From: Clostridia bacterium | GTDB taxonomy: Bacteria > Bacillota > Clostridia > Oscillospirales > Acutalibacteraceae | Direction of reading: 5' to 3' | NCBI GenBank assembly: GCA_017403265.1 | Contig: JAFQOJ010000017.1 | Span: 1,196 to 65,195 of the forward strand | Length of the DNA stretch: 64,000 nt | In this document: positions 36,228-45,720 of the stretch, piece after piece | How the letters are laid out: each line of letters opens with the position of its first letter | Numbering within the stretch: position 1 is the first letter of the stretch | The notes under the pieces: generated by a model | What the model was told of the DNA's origin: nothing | Seen by the model: the letters and a program-made list of their open reading frames with translations, nothing else | The model's database searches: none | Position numbers and translations under genes: made by a program

Positions 36228-36942
36228 AGCATCAAAAAATTCTTCAACCGAAAGACTTATAACTGCAGAATCCAATAAAACTCCTTTTGCAGTTGTAGAA
36301 GCATACAAAAACCTTCGCACAAATCTAATTTCAATTTTAGCAAAAACAGACGGTAAAGTTTTAGCAATTACAAGCCCTAACGCTGCCGAAGGTAAATCTA
36401 CCACTGCTCTCAATATTGCTATTACCCTTTCACAGTTAAACAAAAAGGTTGTTATACTGGATACCGACTCACGTAAGCCCTCTATCCATAAAAAGATTAG
36501 AATCAACAACGAAAAGGGTTGTATGGATTACCTCTTAGGCACCCATAGTTTAGACCAAATTACTGTAAAATATAATCCTTATTTAGATATCATCATTTCG
36601 GGCGCTAAGGTTAAAAATCCTGCCGAATTATTTAGCGGCACTAAGTTTTTAGAGCTTTTAAACGAATTAGAAGATCACTATGATTATGTTGTGCTTGATA
36701 CTCCACCTATTAACCTTGTATCAGATGCCTTGATAATCGCCCAAAAATGCGATGCGGTTATAATGGTTGTAAGGGCCAATACAACTAAGTATGAAGCCTT
36801 TGAGGCCGCTTACGACAGCCTTAAGGTTTTAGATATTGAGCTTGACGGTGTTATTATTAACGGCTCAGGCGGAAAAGGTGCTTATTATAAAAACAGTTAT
36901 AAATCATATAAATACTATTCACCTTATCAGGAAAGTAAATAA
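36217..36942 (+). CDS. CpsD/YwqD-type bacterial tyrosine kinase
   Basis: Walker A AEGKST, A' VVILDTD, Walker B VVLDTPP, C-terminal tyrosine cluster YYKNSYKSYKYYSPY. ATG at 36217 follows a GGGAGG SD. Confidence 0.85.
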   Translation: MAIKASKNSSTERLITAESNKTPFAVVEAYKNLRTNLISILAKTDGKVLAITSPNAAEGKSTTALNIAITLSQLNKKVVILDTDSRKPSIHKKIRINNEKGCMDYLLGTHSLDQITVKYNPYLDIIISGAKVKNPAELFSGTKFLELLNELEDHYDYVVLDTPPINLVSDALIIAQKCDAVIMVVRANTTKYEAFEAAYDSLKVLDIELDGVIINGSGGKGAYYKNSYKSYKYYSPYQESK

Positions 36943-36953
36943 TCTACTAAATT

Positions 36954-36981
36954 AACGGGAGAACTCACTCTCCCGTTTTTA
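36954..36981 (+). terminator. Intrinsic terminator (possibly partial) after the kinase gene
   Basis: AACGGGAGA (36954-36962) / TCTCCCGTT (36969-36977), followed by TTTAAAT. Confidence 0.55.
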
Positions 36982-37013
36982 AATATTCAAATATTTAATC
37001 AAGGGGTGGCAAT

Positions 37014-37730
37014 ATGTATCTAGATATTCATTCTCATATTTTATCGGGTATTGACGACGGTGCGGAAGATTTATCGGTATCTTTGGCACTTTTAAATGAT
37101 ATATATAATCAGGGTATTACCGATATTATTGCCACTCCCCACTTTTTTCCTATGTATGATAATTTAGAAGATTTTTTAGAAAACCGCCAAAGTGCTTTTG
37201 AAGAACTTCAAAATGCTCTAAAAGGCAAACCTCACCCTAATGTTTATTTAGGGTGTGAGTTACTGTACTATAACGGTTTAAGCTATGCTTCTTCTTTGGA
37301 AAACTTTACTATAGAAAATTCTAAATACATTCTGTTAGAAGCTGATTACAGGTTATTAAACAAGAAATTTTTTGCCGAAATTTTACACCTTAAAGAAATA
37401 GGATTTAAGCCTATTCTCGCCCATATTGAGCGATATAAAAAAGCAAAAGGCTTTAGAAAGTTTATAAGATTTATAAAAGCAAACGGTATTTTAACTCAAG
37501 TTAATGCTACTGCATTTAATAATAAAAATTACAACAAACTAATTAAAAAGCTTGTAAAAGAAGATCTTATTACCTTTGTCGCTTCGGATACGCATTCTAT
37601 AGATGTACGTCCGCCTATGATAGAGGCGGCTTTAGAAAAAATTACTGCCGATTACGGCGAGGAATATGCTAAAAAGTTAATATCCAATTCGCAAATCCTA
37701 GTTTCAGAAATAGCAAAAGGGGAACCTTAA
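37014..37730 (+). CDS. CpsB/YwqE-type PHP-family tyrosine phosphatase
   Basis: N-terminal DIHSHILSGIDDGA motif and later HxE/DxH metal ligands (LAHIER, SDTH). Confidence 0.85.
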   Translation: MYLDIHSHILSGIDDGAEDLSVSLALLNDIYNQGITDIIATPHFFPMYDNLEDFLENRQSAFEELQNALKGKPHPNVYLGCELLYYNGLSYASSLENFTIENSKYILLEADYRLLNKKFFAEILHLKEIGFKPILAHIERYKKAKGFRKFIRFIKANGILTQVNATAFNNKNYNKLIKKLVKEDLITFVASDTHSIDVRPPMIEAALEKITADYGEEYAKKLISNSQILVSEIAKGEP

Positions 37731-37732
37731 GT

Positions 37733-38554
37733 ATGATTTCACATACTCTTAACATAAATAATAAAGACAGTGTTATGTACATTACATTCCCTAAGTTTGA
37801 AAAAACAGGGCTTGTAAACCTTTTGTTTTCTACCCGTGTAGGCGGTGTTAGTGGCGGTATGTGGTCTAGCATGAACCTAAGCTTTAACCGCGGAGATAAG
37901 CGTGAAAATGTTTTGGAAAACTACAGGCTTTTGTGCGGTTGCAAAGGCATTAATATAAATAACCTTGTTTTAAGTAAACAAACTCATACTAACAATGTAA
38001 AAACCGTAACTAAAGCCGACTGCGGTACAGGTATTTTTAAAGAAAGCTTTTGTGATATTGATGGGCTTATAACCAACCAAAAGGGTGTAGCACTTGTAAC
38101 ACAATATGCCGACTGCACTCCCCTAGTGTTTTTAGATACCAAAAATAAGGTAATAGCCACCTCCCACGCGGGTTGGCGCGGCACTGTAAAAGAAATTGGT
38201 AAAAAAACCGTAGAAAAAATGATGAATGAGTTTGGCTCTAATCCTGCCGATATAATTGTAGGTATAGGTCCTTGTATTAAGGAATGTTGTTACGAGGTTG
38301 ACGACCCTGTTTATAATGAATTTTCAAAGCTTTCTTACCTTGATTTAAGCAAGATTTTTCAAAAAAAAGAAAACGGACGCTATATGCTTAATTTGGTAGA
38401 AGCCAACAAACAAATTTTAATAAATGTGGGGATACCCTACAGTAATTTCGATTTATCGGATATATGTACTTGCTGTAATTCGGATGTTATGCATTCACAC
38501 CGCAAAACTAAAGGTGAGCGCGGGAACTTAGCACTTATAATAGAGTTAAAGTAA
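37733..38554 (+). CDS. pgeF: Peptidoglycan editing factor PgeF (YfiH/DUF152 laccase-domain protein)
   Basis: DUF152 motifs QTHTN, YADCTP and SHAGWRGT, plus C-terminal CTxC...HSHR. Confidence 0.85.
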   Translation: MISHTLNINNKDSVMYITFPKFEKTGLVNLLFSTRVGGVSGGMWSSMNLSFNRGDKRENVLENYRLLCGCKGININNLVLSKQTHTNNVKTVTKADCGTGIFKESFCDIDGLITNQKGVALVTQYADCTPLVFLDTKNKVIATSHAGWRGTVKEIGKKTVEKMMNEFGSNPADIIVGIGPCIKECCYEVDDPVYNEFSKLSYLDLSKIFQKKENGRYMLNLVEANKQILINVGIPYSNFDLSDICTCCNSDVMHSHRKTKGERGNLALIIELK

Positions 38555-38556
38555 AA

Positions 38557-38590
38557 AATCAAGAAACAATGAAGTTTCTTGATTTTTTTA
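38557..38590. terminator. Bidirectional intrinsic terminator after pgeF
   Basis: Perfect 11-bp stem AATCAAGAAAC (38557-38567) / GTTTCTTGATT (38574-38584) with T-runs on both strands. Confidence 0.8.
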
Positions 38591-38602
38591 TAATGATTGT
38601 AG

Positions 38603-38784
38603 TTTGTCGAAACGCTTAAAAGCGCTTCGACAAGCCGATTTGATCGGCTTTGCACAATTGGATTTTTATAAATTCAATTGTGCAAAACACTCATTGCAAT
38701 GGATATAGTCAAATTTTCTTCGAAAATTTGCACAAAAATCGAAGATTTTATGTCGAAACAGTAATTCTATTTTCTGTTTCGACT
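38603..38784. repeat. Cluster of six short hairpins with reiterated GTCGAAAC and TTTGCACAA motifs
   Basis: Hairpins at 38606-38631, 38632-38650, 38649-38686, 38710-38730, 38735-38749 and 38752-38783. TGTCGAA at 38605-38611 and 38751-38757. TTCGACA at 38626-38632. Confidence 0.8.
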
Positions 38785-39591
38785 AACTATAACAATTATT
38801 ATAAATATTCCTACTGCACATTTTGTGATACAGGTAGCCGAATACACAAAGTACAAAAATCCGTCTAATCGGGTAAAAAGATTACCAAAGGTTACTGTAC
38901 TGCCTGCCGCCGAATACGGGTAACTGAGTTGCCCAGAAAACTTTATACCGAAAAGCAAAACCGAATTTAAAATAGTAACAGCAAGGCATAAAAGTCCTAA
39001 AGAGAGTCCACCTAATAAGACACCTTTTTTAATTTTTTCGTGTCTTGCAAAAACACCTAAAGCTATAGACGGGATTACAAGACTTTTAAAATAAAAAATG
39101 CTTTGTGAAAATAAAGTGTTAAGACTTGGCAGTTTATATATAAAAATATTTTTAAAATTAAAATCCTTAAAGGTAGATAAAAAGAAAAACACTACCACCG
39201 CTACAGACAAAAAACCGCAAATAAGCGAAAATTTAAAAAGTGTGTTTGCTTTTTTGAAACTTAAATACACCAACAGTAAGCCAAACGGCAGTAAAATAAA
39301 CAGACGCGGTGTACTAGGCAACAGATTATTGCTTATAAACCTTACAAAGCTTATAAAGGTATCGCCTACAGTGAAAACTACGAGCAAAAAAATCGGTAAT
39401 ACGGTTATTTTATTTATGGGTATAAAATATGCAATAAATCCAAAAATCAGCGATATAAAGCAGGAAATTAAAAACGCCAAAAAATTATATCTATCGGCTG
39501 TTCCTACAGGCGCAGTAATGCAAGCATTACCCAAAACAAAAAGTACCGATAGCATTAAAAAATGCTTAGAATAACACTCATTAACCCGCAC
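38767..39591 (-). CDS. Spore germination protein, GerAB-like permease subunit (short, 274 aa)
   Basis: Polytopic membrane protein with a GerAB-like N-terminus (HFLMLSVLFVLGNACI) and C-terminal FTRLDGFLYF segment. Last gene of the GerA-type operon. Confidence 0.6.
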   Translation of the reverse strand: MRVNECYSKHFLMLSVLFVLGNACITAPVGTADRYNFLAFLISCFISLIFGFIAYFIPINKITVLPIFLLVVFTVGDTFISFVRFISNNLLPSTPRLFILLPFGLLLVYLSFKKANTLFKFSLICGFLSVAVVVFFFLSTFKDFNFKNIFIYKLPSLNTLFSQSIFYFKSLVIPSIALGVFARHEKIKKGVLLGGLSLGLLCLAVTILNSVLLFGIKFSGQLSYPYSAAGSTVTFGNLFTRLDGFLYFVYSATCITKCAVGIFIIIVIVSRNRK

Positions 39592-40135
39592 CGAAAATCA
39601 ATCCCCCGTCATTTATGCTAACTCTTGGCAGAGCGGCGGTATAATTTGTAGCGGTAAGCTCAAACAGTCGGTTTTTATAATGCTTATTTTGCTCTAATAA
39701 CCCCATAATATCAAACCCCACAGTCAAAGAAGATACCGGCTTTACCGACAAAAGCTGTTGCGCATTTTCGGTTTTTATAAGAAATGCCGAAAGTGTGATT
39801 TCTTCATTTTTAACACAGTATTTAGCCACTTCACTTAATTCATTTTGAGTTATGCCATCTCCAATTACCAAAACACCGCAGTGGGATAACAAAAGCGGTT
39901 GAGTGCATTGCTTTTCAATTCTCATTATTGCACCTCTAAGCGTCTTTCCCTCACCCTTTAAAAGCTTAACAGACTGCTTTGTATCCTCGCTATTTATTAT
40001 CACCGATTCAAAGCAAACCTTGTAGCTATCATTCTCTTTATCAAAACCCATACTGGATACTAAATATTCGGGACCGCGTTTCTGACAACCGCACAAAAAT
40101 AAACCTAAGGCTAAAATTAAAAAAACTTTTTTCAT
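39581..40135 (-). CDS. Germination lipoprotein resembling the N-terminal half of Ger(x)C (184 aa)
   Basis: Lipobox LFLCGC followed by the YLVSSMGFDKE segment typical of the GerAC N-terminus. It lies between the A- and B-type genes. Confidence 0.55.
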   Translation of the reverse strand: MKKVFLILALGLFLCGCQKRGPEYLVSSMGFDKENDSYKVCFESVIINSEDTKQSVKLLKGEGKTLRGAIMRIEKQCTQPLLLSHCGVLVIGDGITQNELSEVAKYCVKNEEITLSAFLIKTENAQQLLSVKPVSSLTVGFDIMGLLEQNKHYKNRLFELTATNYTAALPRVSINDGGLIFGAG

Positions 40136-41619
40136 TTATTTTTCCCCTGTCGCGAAATATTGCGGTTAAATAACGGACGCTCCTTCATATTTTTCCACGA
40201 AGCCCTAAAAAGCGTATCCTTAAGTGACTGAAGGCTTGCTTTTTTAAGCGAAACAGTGTAATCGGTAGAGTAAGAATAAATAGATAAAATATAGATACCT
40301 AAGAGCATCGCACCCATAATATACCCGTAAAGGCCTAAAAAAGCCGAAAGTAATACAAACGCTATTCTCAAATAAAAAACTGCAGTTTTAAGGCGCGGCA
40401 GCATTAGTCCTGCAATACCCGAAAGAGCAACCGTAATTAAAATAGGCGAGCTTATAATCCTAGCTTCTACCGCCGCCTGACCCACCACAAGACCACCCAC
40501 AATACTTAAAGCATGGCCTAAGTTTTGGCTCATACGAATACCTGCTTCTTTTAGTATTTCAAAAACAAGTATCATAATAATACATTCACTAACGGGGGTA
40601 AAGGGCACCCCACCGCGCAGCTGCATAACAGAAATAGCAAATGATGTAGGCAGTAATTGTCGGTGAAAGGTGGAAATAGCAATAAAAACAGCAGGAATAC
40701 TAATGCTTAAGAAGAAACAAAAATACCTAAGACACCTTTCTGCCGAAGAAAGCAAAAAGTTTTGGTAATAGTCTTCGTCTGACTGAAAATTTTCCGAAAA
40801 CAAATAGGGTATTGTAACAACCATAGGTGTGCCGTCTACTACAATTGCAATTCTCCCTTCAAGCAGTCTTGCTGCCACAATATCAGGTCGCTCGGTAGTG
40901 CCGTTTCTCTTAAAAAGCGAAAACCTTTTGCCGCTTATTTGCTCTACAATATAGTTGGTATCAAGTATACCGTCAATATTGATTTTTCCTATCTTTTGTT
41001 TAATTTTTTCTACAGTTTTTTGGTCTGCAAGCGTACCTAAGTAGCATACAAAAACCGCAGTAGAGGTACGTCTGCCCACACGGAGCATTTCTATGCATAA
41101 ATCAGGGGTTAAAAGTTTTCTTCTAATCATTGCAAGGTTTAAAAGCGCCGCTTCTTCAAAGCCCTCACGCGGACCCTGTAAAATCCGTTCCTCCATAGGT
41201 TCTGTAATACCACGTGTGCGAAAACCCTTTACATCCATCATAAGCGCATTTTTGCTACCGTTTATAAGCAAAAGCGCCTCTCCGTAGAGGACTCCTTGCA
41301 AAATTTCGGCTATATTACTAATCTTTTTTACATCACGTGCGAAAAGCATCTGCTTACCTACAAAATCAGCAATATCGCCGCTCATATCAGCCATGCCAAC
41401 AGTTATAAGCGGGCGGATAATCGCTTCATTAATCTGGTCAGAGTCGGTCATACCGTCCATATATACAAGTGCACATTCAAGTGTTTTTTCTCCGCGCGCA
41501 GTTATTTCCTTAACACGCAAAATAACATCCTTTTTGAAAATATCCTTAAAAAGCGCAACATCCCTTTCAAGATTGCCGCTTAAATTACAGTTTTTATAAT
41601 CCGCTATCTGTCCTGACAT
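40132..41619 (-). CDS. Spore germination protein, GerAA family
   Basis: GerA-family soluble N-domain (ALVYMDGMTD...INEAIIRPL) followed by about 5 TM segments. ATG at 41619 follows a GGTGA SD; the alternative start is at 41634. Confidence 0.85.
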   Translation of the reverse strand: MSGQIADYKNCNLSGNLERDVALFKDIFKKDVILRVKEITARGEKTLECALVYMDGMTDSDQINEAIIRPLITVGMADMSGDIADFVGKQMLFARDVKKISNIAEILQGVLYGEALLLINGSKNALMMDVKGFRTRGITEPMEERILQGPREGFEEAALLNLAMIRRKLLTPDLCIEMLRVGRRTSTAVFVCYLGTLADQKTVEKIKQKIGKINIDGILDTNYIVEQISGKRFSLFKRNGTTERPDIVAARLLEGRIAIVVDGTPMVVTIPYLFSENFQSDEDYYQNFLLSSAERCLRYFCFFLSISIPAVFIAISTFHRQLLPTSFAISVMQLRGGVPFTPVSECIIMILVFEILKEAGIRMSQNLGHALSIVGGLVVGQAAVEARIISSPILITVALSGIAGLMLPRLKTAVFYLRIAFVLLSAFLGLYGYIMGAMLLGIYILSIYSYSTDYTVSLKKASLQSLKDTLFRASWKNMKERPLFNRNISRQGKNK

Positions 41620-41673
41620 ATTTTCACCACACATTATTTTTAAATATTGTGTGCAAAAATCCCCTTAAAATGC

Positions 41674-41701
41674 AAACAACCTTCCATTTGGAAGGTTGTT
41701 T
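41674..41701 (-). terminator. Probable terminator of the VanY-like gene
   Basis: Perfect 12-bp stem AAACAACCTTCC (41674-41685) / GGAAGGTTGTTT (41690-41701). The downstream T-tract on the minus strand is weak. Confidence 0.5.
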
Positions 41702-41718
41702 TAATTATAGCTTTAAAA

Positions 41719-42585
41719 TTACTTTTTATACTCTACATATTCTTCTAAGCACATATCAAGCCGATTTATCTCCTTTGCGGCATTTATACCTACAAAGCGC
41801 CAATGCCAAGATTCGTGTATAACACCTGTTTTTTCCTGCTTATCTTTGCGGTAGCGCATTATAAAACCATAATTTTCTGCATTTTTTGTAAGCCATTTAT
41901 ATGCCTTTGTATTTTCAAAGGAAGAATTAGCGCAGTTTATATCAAGCGCCAAGCCTGTGTTGTGTTCACTCGTACCCGGTCTTGCTACAACTGTTGCCGC
42001 TTTATCCTCTGCTTCGGATTCAGGCACTCCGTTTGCAATTTGCTTTTTAACCTGTTTTTCAAAAAGCCATTTTTGTGTATTGTAAGAACGGTAAGGCGAC
42101 CAAACACCTATATCTATTCCCTCAGCTCTCGCATCGTCAAGCATAGCCTTTAAATAGGGCCAAACATCCTTATCAATCTCTTTAAGCGAGCCCTTTATAT
42201 ACTTTTGCGGTATAGTAGTAAGATTACCTTCGTAATCATAATCCTCAGGTAACGGATTCCAGCCGTTTACAAGGGTAAGATTTTGAAAATCCTTATCTAG
42301 CTTTTTAGTAGGCTTTTTCGAGCTTGTAATCTCACTTGATGAAGGCTCTTCACTTTCAGTACTCGAAGTATCTGTACTAGAAGTTTCAGTGCTAGAGCTA
42401 TCAACACTTGAAGTTACTTCGCTTGAGATATTTTGGCTGGATGTTGCCGTACTAGAAGTTGTATCCTTATCACCGCTTATGGTTGAAATCACATATATAA
42501 TTAAAGCCAAAACCGCAATTACAACCACAACGCAAGCCGATAAAAATATATTTCTTTTTAAAATTGCTTTTTGTCTTTTATTCAT
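41719..42585 (-). CDS. D-alanyl-D-alanine carboxypeptidase, VanY/peptidase M15B family, membrane-anchored
   Basis: N-terminal TM segment, Ser/Thr-rich linker, and M15 motifs SPYRSY, GTSEHNTGLALD and ESWHWRF. Confidence 0.85.
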   Translation of the reverse strand: MNKRQKAILKRNIFLSACVVVVIAVLALIIYVISTISGDKDTTSSTATSSQNISSEVTSSVDSSSTETSSTDTSSTESEEPSSSEITSSKKPTKKLDKDFQNLTLVNGWNPLPEDYDYEGNLTTIPQKYIKGSLKEIDKDVWPYLKAMLDDARAEGIDIGVWSPYRSYNTQKWLFEKQVKKQIANGVPESEAEDKAATVVARPGTSEHNTGLALDINCANSSFENTKAYKWLTKNAENYGFIMRYRKDKQEKTGVIHESWHWRFVGINAAKEINRLDMCLEEYVEYKK

Positions 42586-42593
42586 AAAATCAC

Positions 42594-44399
42594 CTATTCG
42601 TCAAGTTTGAGTACCGCCATAAATGCTTCTTGCGGTACTTCTACATTACCTAAGCGGCGCATACGCTTTTTACCCTCTTTTTGCTTTTCAAGAAGCTTTT
42701 TCTTACGGGTAATATCGCCGCCGTAGCACTTAGCAAGCACATCCTTACGCATAGCCTTTACGGTTTCTCTTGCTATTACCTTGCCCGAAACCGCAACCTG
42801 AACAGGAACTTCAAATAACTGACGCGGTATAAATTCCTTTAACTTTTCGGCAATCTTACGGGCCCTGGCATAAGAATTATCGGTATGGACAATAAAAGAC
42901 AAAGCATCCACCATATCGCCCGCAAGCAATACATCCAATTTTACAAGCTTGGATTTTTCGTAACGCTTCATCTCATAATCATAGCTTGCATACCCTTTTG
43001 TACGGGATTTTAAGGCATCAAAAAAGTCGTAAACTATTTCGCCCATAGGCATAATATAGTGAATATCCACGCGGTCGCCCATATATTTCATATCTGTATA
43101 AACACCGCGACGTTCTTCACAAAGCTGCATAATAGTGCCAACATAATCACTCGGTGAATATATATGCACATCCGCAACAGGTTCAAGTGCTTCGGCAATT
43201 ATTGCAGGGTCTGGGTAATTTGTAGGGTTGTCTACAGTAATAGTTTCGCCCGTAGTTAAAGTGAACTTGTATTCAACGCTTGGTGCAGTTGTTACAAGGT
43301 CAAGATTATATTCTCTCTCCAATCTTTCCTGAATAATCTCCATATGCAAAAGACCTAAGAATCCGCAACGGAAACCAAAGCCTAACGCGTTCGAGCTTTC
43401 GGGTTCAAATAAAAGTGATGCATCGTTTAACTGCAATTTATCAAGCGCGTCTCTTAAATCGGGGTATTTAGCGCCGTCAGCAGGATAAATACCGCAGAAA
43501 ACTACAGGATTTACCTTTCTGTAACCTTCAAGCGCCTCTGCTACAGGGTTGTCCGCTAAAGTTACGGTATCACCAACACGCGCTTCGCTGACAGTTTTAA
43601 TTGACGCGGCAAAATAACCAACCTCGCCCACCTCTAAAACATCGCAAGGCTCCATAGAGGTAGCACGCTTTCTGCCTAATTCAACAATATCAAAGGTGGC
43701 GCCCGTAGCCATCATTTTAACAGTATCGCCCGCTTTAATTCTACCGCTCATAACACGGAAATAAACTATAACACCTTTATAAGAATCATAATAAGAGTCA
43801 AAAATAAGTGCCGAAAGCGGTGCATCAGCGTCACCCTTAGGCGCAGGGATTTCGGTAACAATTTTTTCAAGCACTTCTTCTATATTAACTCCTGTTTTAG
43901 CCGAAATAAGCGGTGCATTATCGGCAGGGATACCTATAATATCTTCTATTTCAGCCTTTACACGCTCAGGCTCAGCAGAAGGCAGGTCAATCTTGTTGAT
44001 AACAGGCAAAATTTCAAGACCGTGGTCAACCGCCAAATATGTGTTAGCCAAGGTTTGCGCTTCAATACCCTGAGAAGCGTCAACTATTAAAACCGCACCC
44101 TCGCAAGCTGCAAGTGAACGCGAAACTTCATAATTAAAGTCAACGTGACCTGGAGTATCAATTAAATTAAGCTCATACCTTTCGCCGTCTTTGGCGTCAT
44201 AGTATAAGGTTACCGCGTGAGCCTTAATGGTAATACCTCGTTCACGCTCTAAATCCATACTATCAAGGATTTGCTCCTCCATATCACGAGTTGCTACCGA
44301 TTGCGTATGCTCTAGTAATCGGTCAGCTAAGGTAGACTTGCCGTGGTCGATATGAGCTACTATACAAAAATTTCTGATTTTATCAAGCGGAAATGACAC
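42594..44399 (-). CDS. lepA: Elongation factor 4
   Basis: [21 protein letters not shown] and the LepA-specific C-terminal domain. 601 aa. Confidence 0.95.
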   Translation of the reverse strand: MSFPLDKIRNFCIVAHIDHGKSTLADRLLEHTQSVATRDMEEQILDSMDLERERGITIKAHAVTLYYDAKDGERYELNLIDTPGHVDFNYEVSRSLAACEGAVLIVDASQGIEAQTLANTYLAVDHGLEILPVINKIDLPSAEPERVKAEIEDIIGIPADNAPLISAKTGVNIEEVLEKIVTEIPAPKGDADAPLSALIFDSYYDSYKGVIVYFRVMSGRIKAGDTVKMMATGATFDIVELGRKRATSMEPCDVLEVGEVGYFAASIKTVSEARVGDTVTLADNPVAEALEGYRKVNPVVFCGIYPADGAKYPDLRDALDKLQLNDASLLFEPESSNALGFGFRCGFLGLLHMEIIQERLEREYNLDLVTTAPSVEYKFTLTTGETITVDNPTNYPDPAIIAEALEPVADVHIYSPSDYVGTIMQLCEERRGVYTDMKYMGDRVDIHYIMPMGEIVYDFFDALKSRTKGYASYDYEMKRYEKSKLVKLDVLLAGDMVDALSFIVHTDNSYARARKIAEKLKEFIPRQLFEVPVQVAVSGKVIARETVKAMRKDVLAKCYGGDITRKKKLLEKQKEGKKRMRRLGNVEVPQEAFMAVLKLDE

Positions 44400-45295
44400 T
44401 AATTTTTCTCCTTGTCTTTTGGTTTTTTAAAGTTTATAAGTTGAATAAAAATGCCTGCAACAATAACACATAAGCCTATTAGCGAATAGGGATCTTTAAT
44501 ACCTTGGTCCCCAAGAATAAGCCAAGTCCATACAAGTGATAAAAATGGGGTTATGTAAGCTAAATTCGATATTTTAGCGGTGTTGCCTTTATCAAGGGCT
44601 ATAACCCAGGTAGTGCAAGCGATTGCCATAGTGAATATACCGTTCCAAGCAAAGCCTGCAGCCTCTGACAAAGTAGGCATAAATAAATTCCCCGCCGCAG
44701 CATTTATTACAGTAGTAATTGTAAACGACACAAAATAATTAAGCATCATTGAAAGCATTTTATCGTAGTGGTATTTCTTATTAAGTGCGGTAAACAAGCC
44801 GTAAGATACCGCGCCTAAAAGACATAACACTACACCCATTAAAGCATTAGCACTAAAGGATAAAATTTCCTTTCCCGTTACAATACCCACACCCAAAAAG
44901 GAAACTGCTATTGCAATACCTTTTTTAAGCGTCATTTTTTCACGCAAAATAATGCAGGCAAAAACCACACTCATAATTGGCCACATATAATTTACTATAA
45001 AAGCTTGCGAAGCAGGAAGTATTGCCGCACCGCCATAATAAAAAACATAATAAAAAAATGTACCTGGAAGACCTATCAGCACCGATATTACAAAATCCTT
45101 TAAGGTATATTCTTTAAATTTTTTTATTTTGCCTGTAAATATATTTGCCACCAACAAAAACATTCCTGCAAAAAAGACACTAACCCAAAGCACTTGAATA
45201 CTATTATGCCCGTTGTTAAGCAAAAGTTTGGTTACTGTAGCAACGGTTGACCAAAAAAGTATTGAAACACCCGCAAAGAAGTACGACTTTTTCAA
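44399..45295 (-). CDS. DMT-superfamily (EamA) transporter
   Basis: Ten predicted TM segments in two EamA repeats. A TTG start at 45295 follows a strong SD (AAGGTGG). The track start ATG at 45331 has no SD. Confidence 0.75.
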   Translation of the reverse strand: MKKSYFFAGVSILFWSTVATVTKLLLNNGHNSIQVLWVSVFFAGMFLLVANIFTGKIKKFKEYTLKDFVISVLIGLPGTFFYYVFYYGGAAILPASQAFIVNYMWPIMSVVFACIILREKMTLKKGIAIAVSFLGVGIVTGKEILSFSANALMGVVLCLLGAVSYGLFTALNKKYHYDKMLSMMLNYFVSFTITTVINAAAGNLFMPTLSEAAGFAWNGIFTMAIACTTWVIALDKGNTAKISNLAYITPFLSLVWTWLILGDQGIKDPYSLIGLCVIVAGIFIQLINFKKPKDKEKN

Positions 45296-45399
45296 AAAAA
45301 TTACCACCTTTAAAGGCAAATATACAAACATCTAAGTTATTGTACCATAACTGAACAAATTTTACAAATAATTTATTTAATTTTTACAGAGTAATTTTC

Positions 45400-45428
45400 T
45401 TGACATATAAATGCTACTATGGTAGAAT
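45400..45428 (+). promoter_or_regulatory. Sigma-A promoter of the pyr operon
   Basis: TTGACA (45400-45405), 17-nt spacer, TGgTAGAAT (TAGAAT at 45423-45428). Confidence 0.7.
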
Positions 45429-45535
45429 ATATAAAGTTAAAATATATCTTTAAATATGGTGCTGTGACGCCGGCAAGATTGTTATATGGTTTTTAATGAG
45501 TATATCCCAAGGGGTTATACCGTTTATTGTCGTAT

Positions 45536-45567
45536 ACACCTTGCTGTCAAGCAGGGTGTTTTTATTA
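45536..45567 (+). terminator. Leader terminator (attenuator) upstream of pyrC
   Basis: ACACCTTGCT (45536-45545) / AGCAGGGTGT (45550-45559) with one G-U pair and loop GTCA, followed by TTTTTATT. It lies about 100 nt downstream of the promoter and 175 nt upstream of pyrC. Confidence 0.7.
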
Positions 45568-45720
45568 GGTTGACACGTGTTGAATACCTTCGGTTTCGAC
45601 CGTCGTCTTTTCCCTCTTGCTCGCGCTTATTTTTGTAAGGCATTAGTATTACAAGAGATGAGACAAGAAAAAACGAAAAATTATATTTGGTAGGCACAAT
45701 GTTTCAACATGTGTCAACCT
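45567..45720 (+). other. 18-bp long-range inverted repeat enclosing about 118 nt of the pyr leader
   Basis: AGGTTGACACGTGTTGAA (45567-45584) pairs with TTCAACATGTGTCAACCT (45703-45720): 17 Watson-Crick pairs and one G-U. The interior is also partly self-complementary (CTCTTG / CAAGAG, TTGTAA / TTACAA). Confidence 0.8.

Noticed and set aside
38437-38868. Track ORFs 38437-38655 (-) and 38650-38868 (+) spanning the hairpin-rich spacer
   Set aside because: Both run through terminator and hairpin sequence and into neighbouring genes. They have no SD, and their translations are low-complexity. The region is better explained as non-coding structure.
39098-39574. 158-aa plus-strand ORF opposite the GerAB-like gene
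   Set aside because: The lysine-rich translation is typical of the antisense strand of an AT-rich membrane protein gene. It has no SD and is fully overlapped.
42300-42480. Repetitive DNA (GTACTAGAAGT recurring) inside the VanY-like gene
   Set aside because: It encodes the Ser/Thr-rich low-complexity linker between the membrane anchor and the catalytic domain. This is ordinary compositional repetition, not a separate element.
45501-45519. Candidate PyrR binding loop (UAUAUCCCAAGGGGUUAUA hairpin)
   Set aside because: It only loosely resembles the ARUCCAGAGAGGYU consensus, and no pyrR gene is in the operon. I cannot call it without a covariance-model search.
45496-45573. 25-codon leader peptide ORF spanning the pyr attenuator (E. 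coli pyrBI-like model)
   Set aside because: The arrangement is attractive, but there is no convincing Shine-Dalgarno sequence upstream of the ATG (only GG at 45488-45489). It is kept only as a remark within the pyr leader finding.
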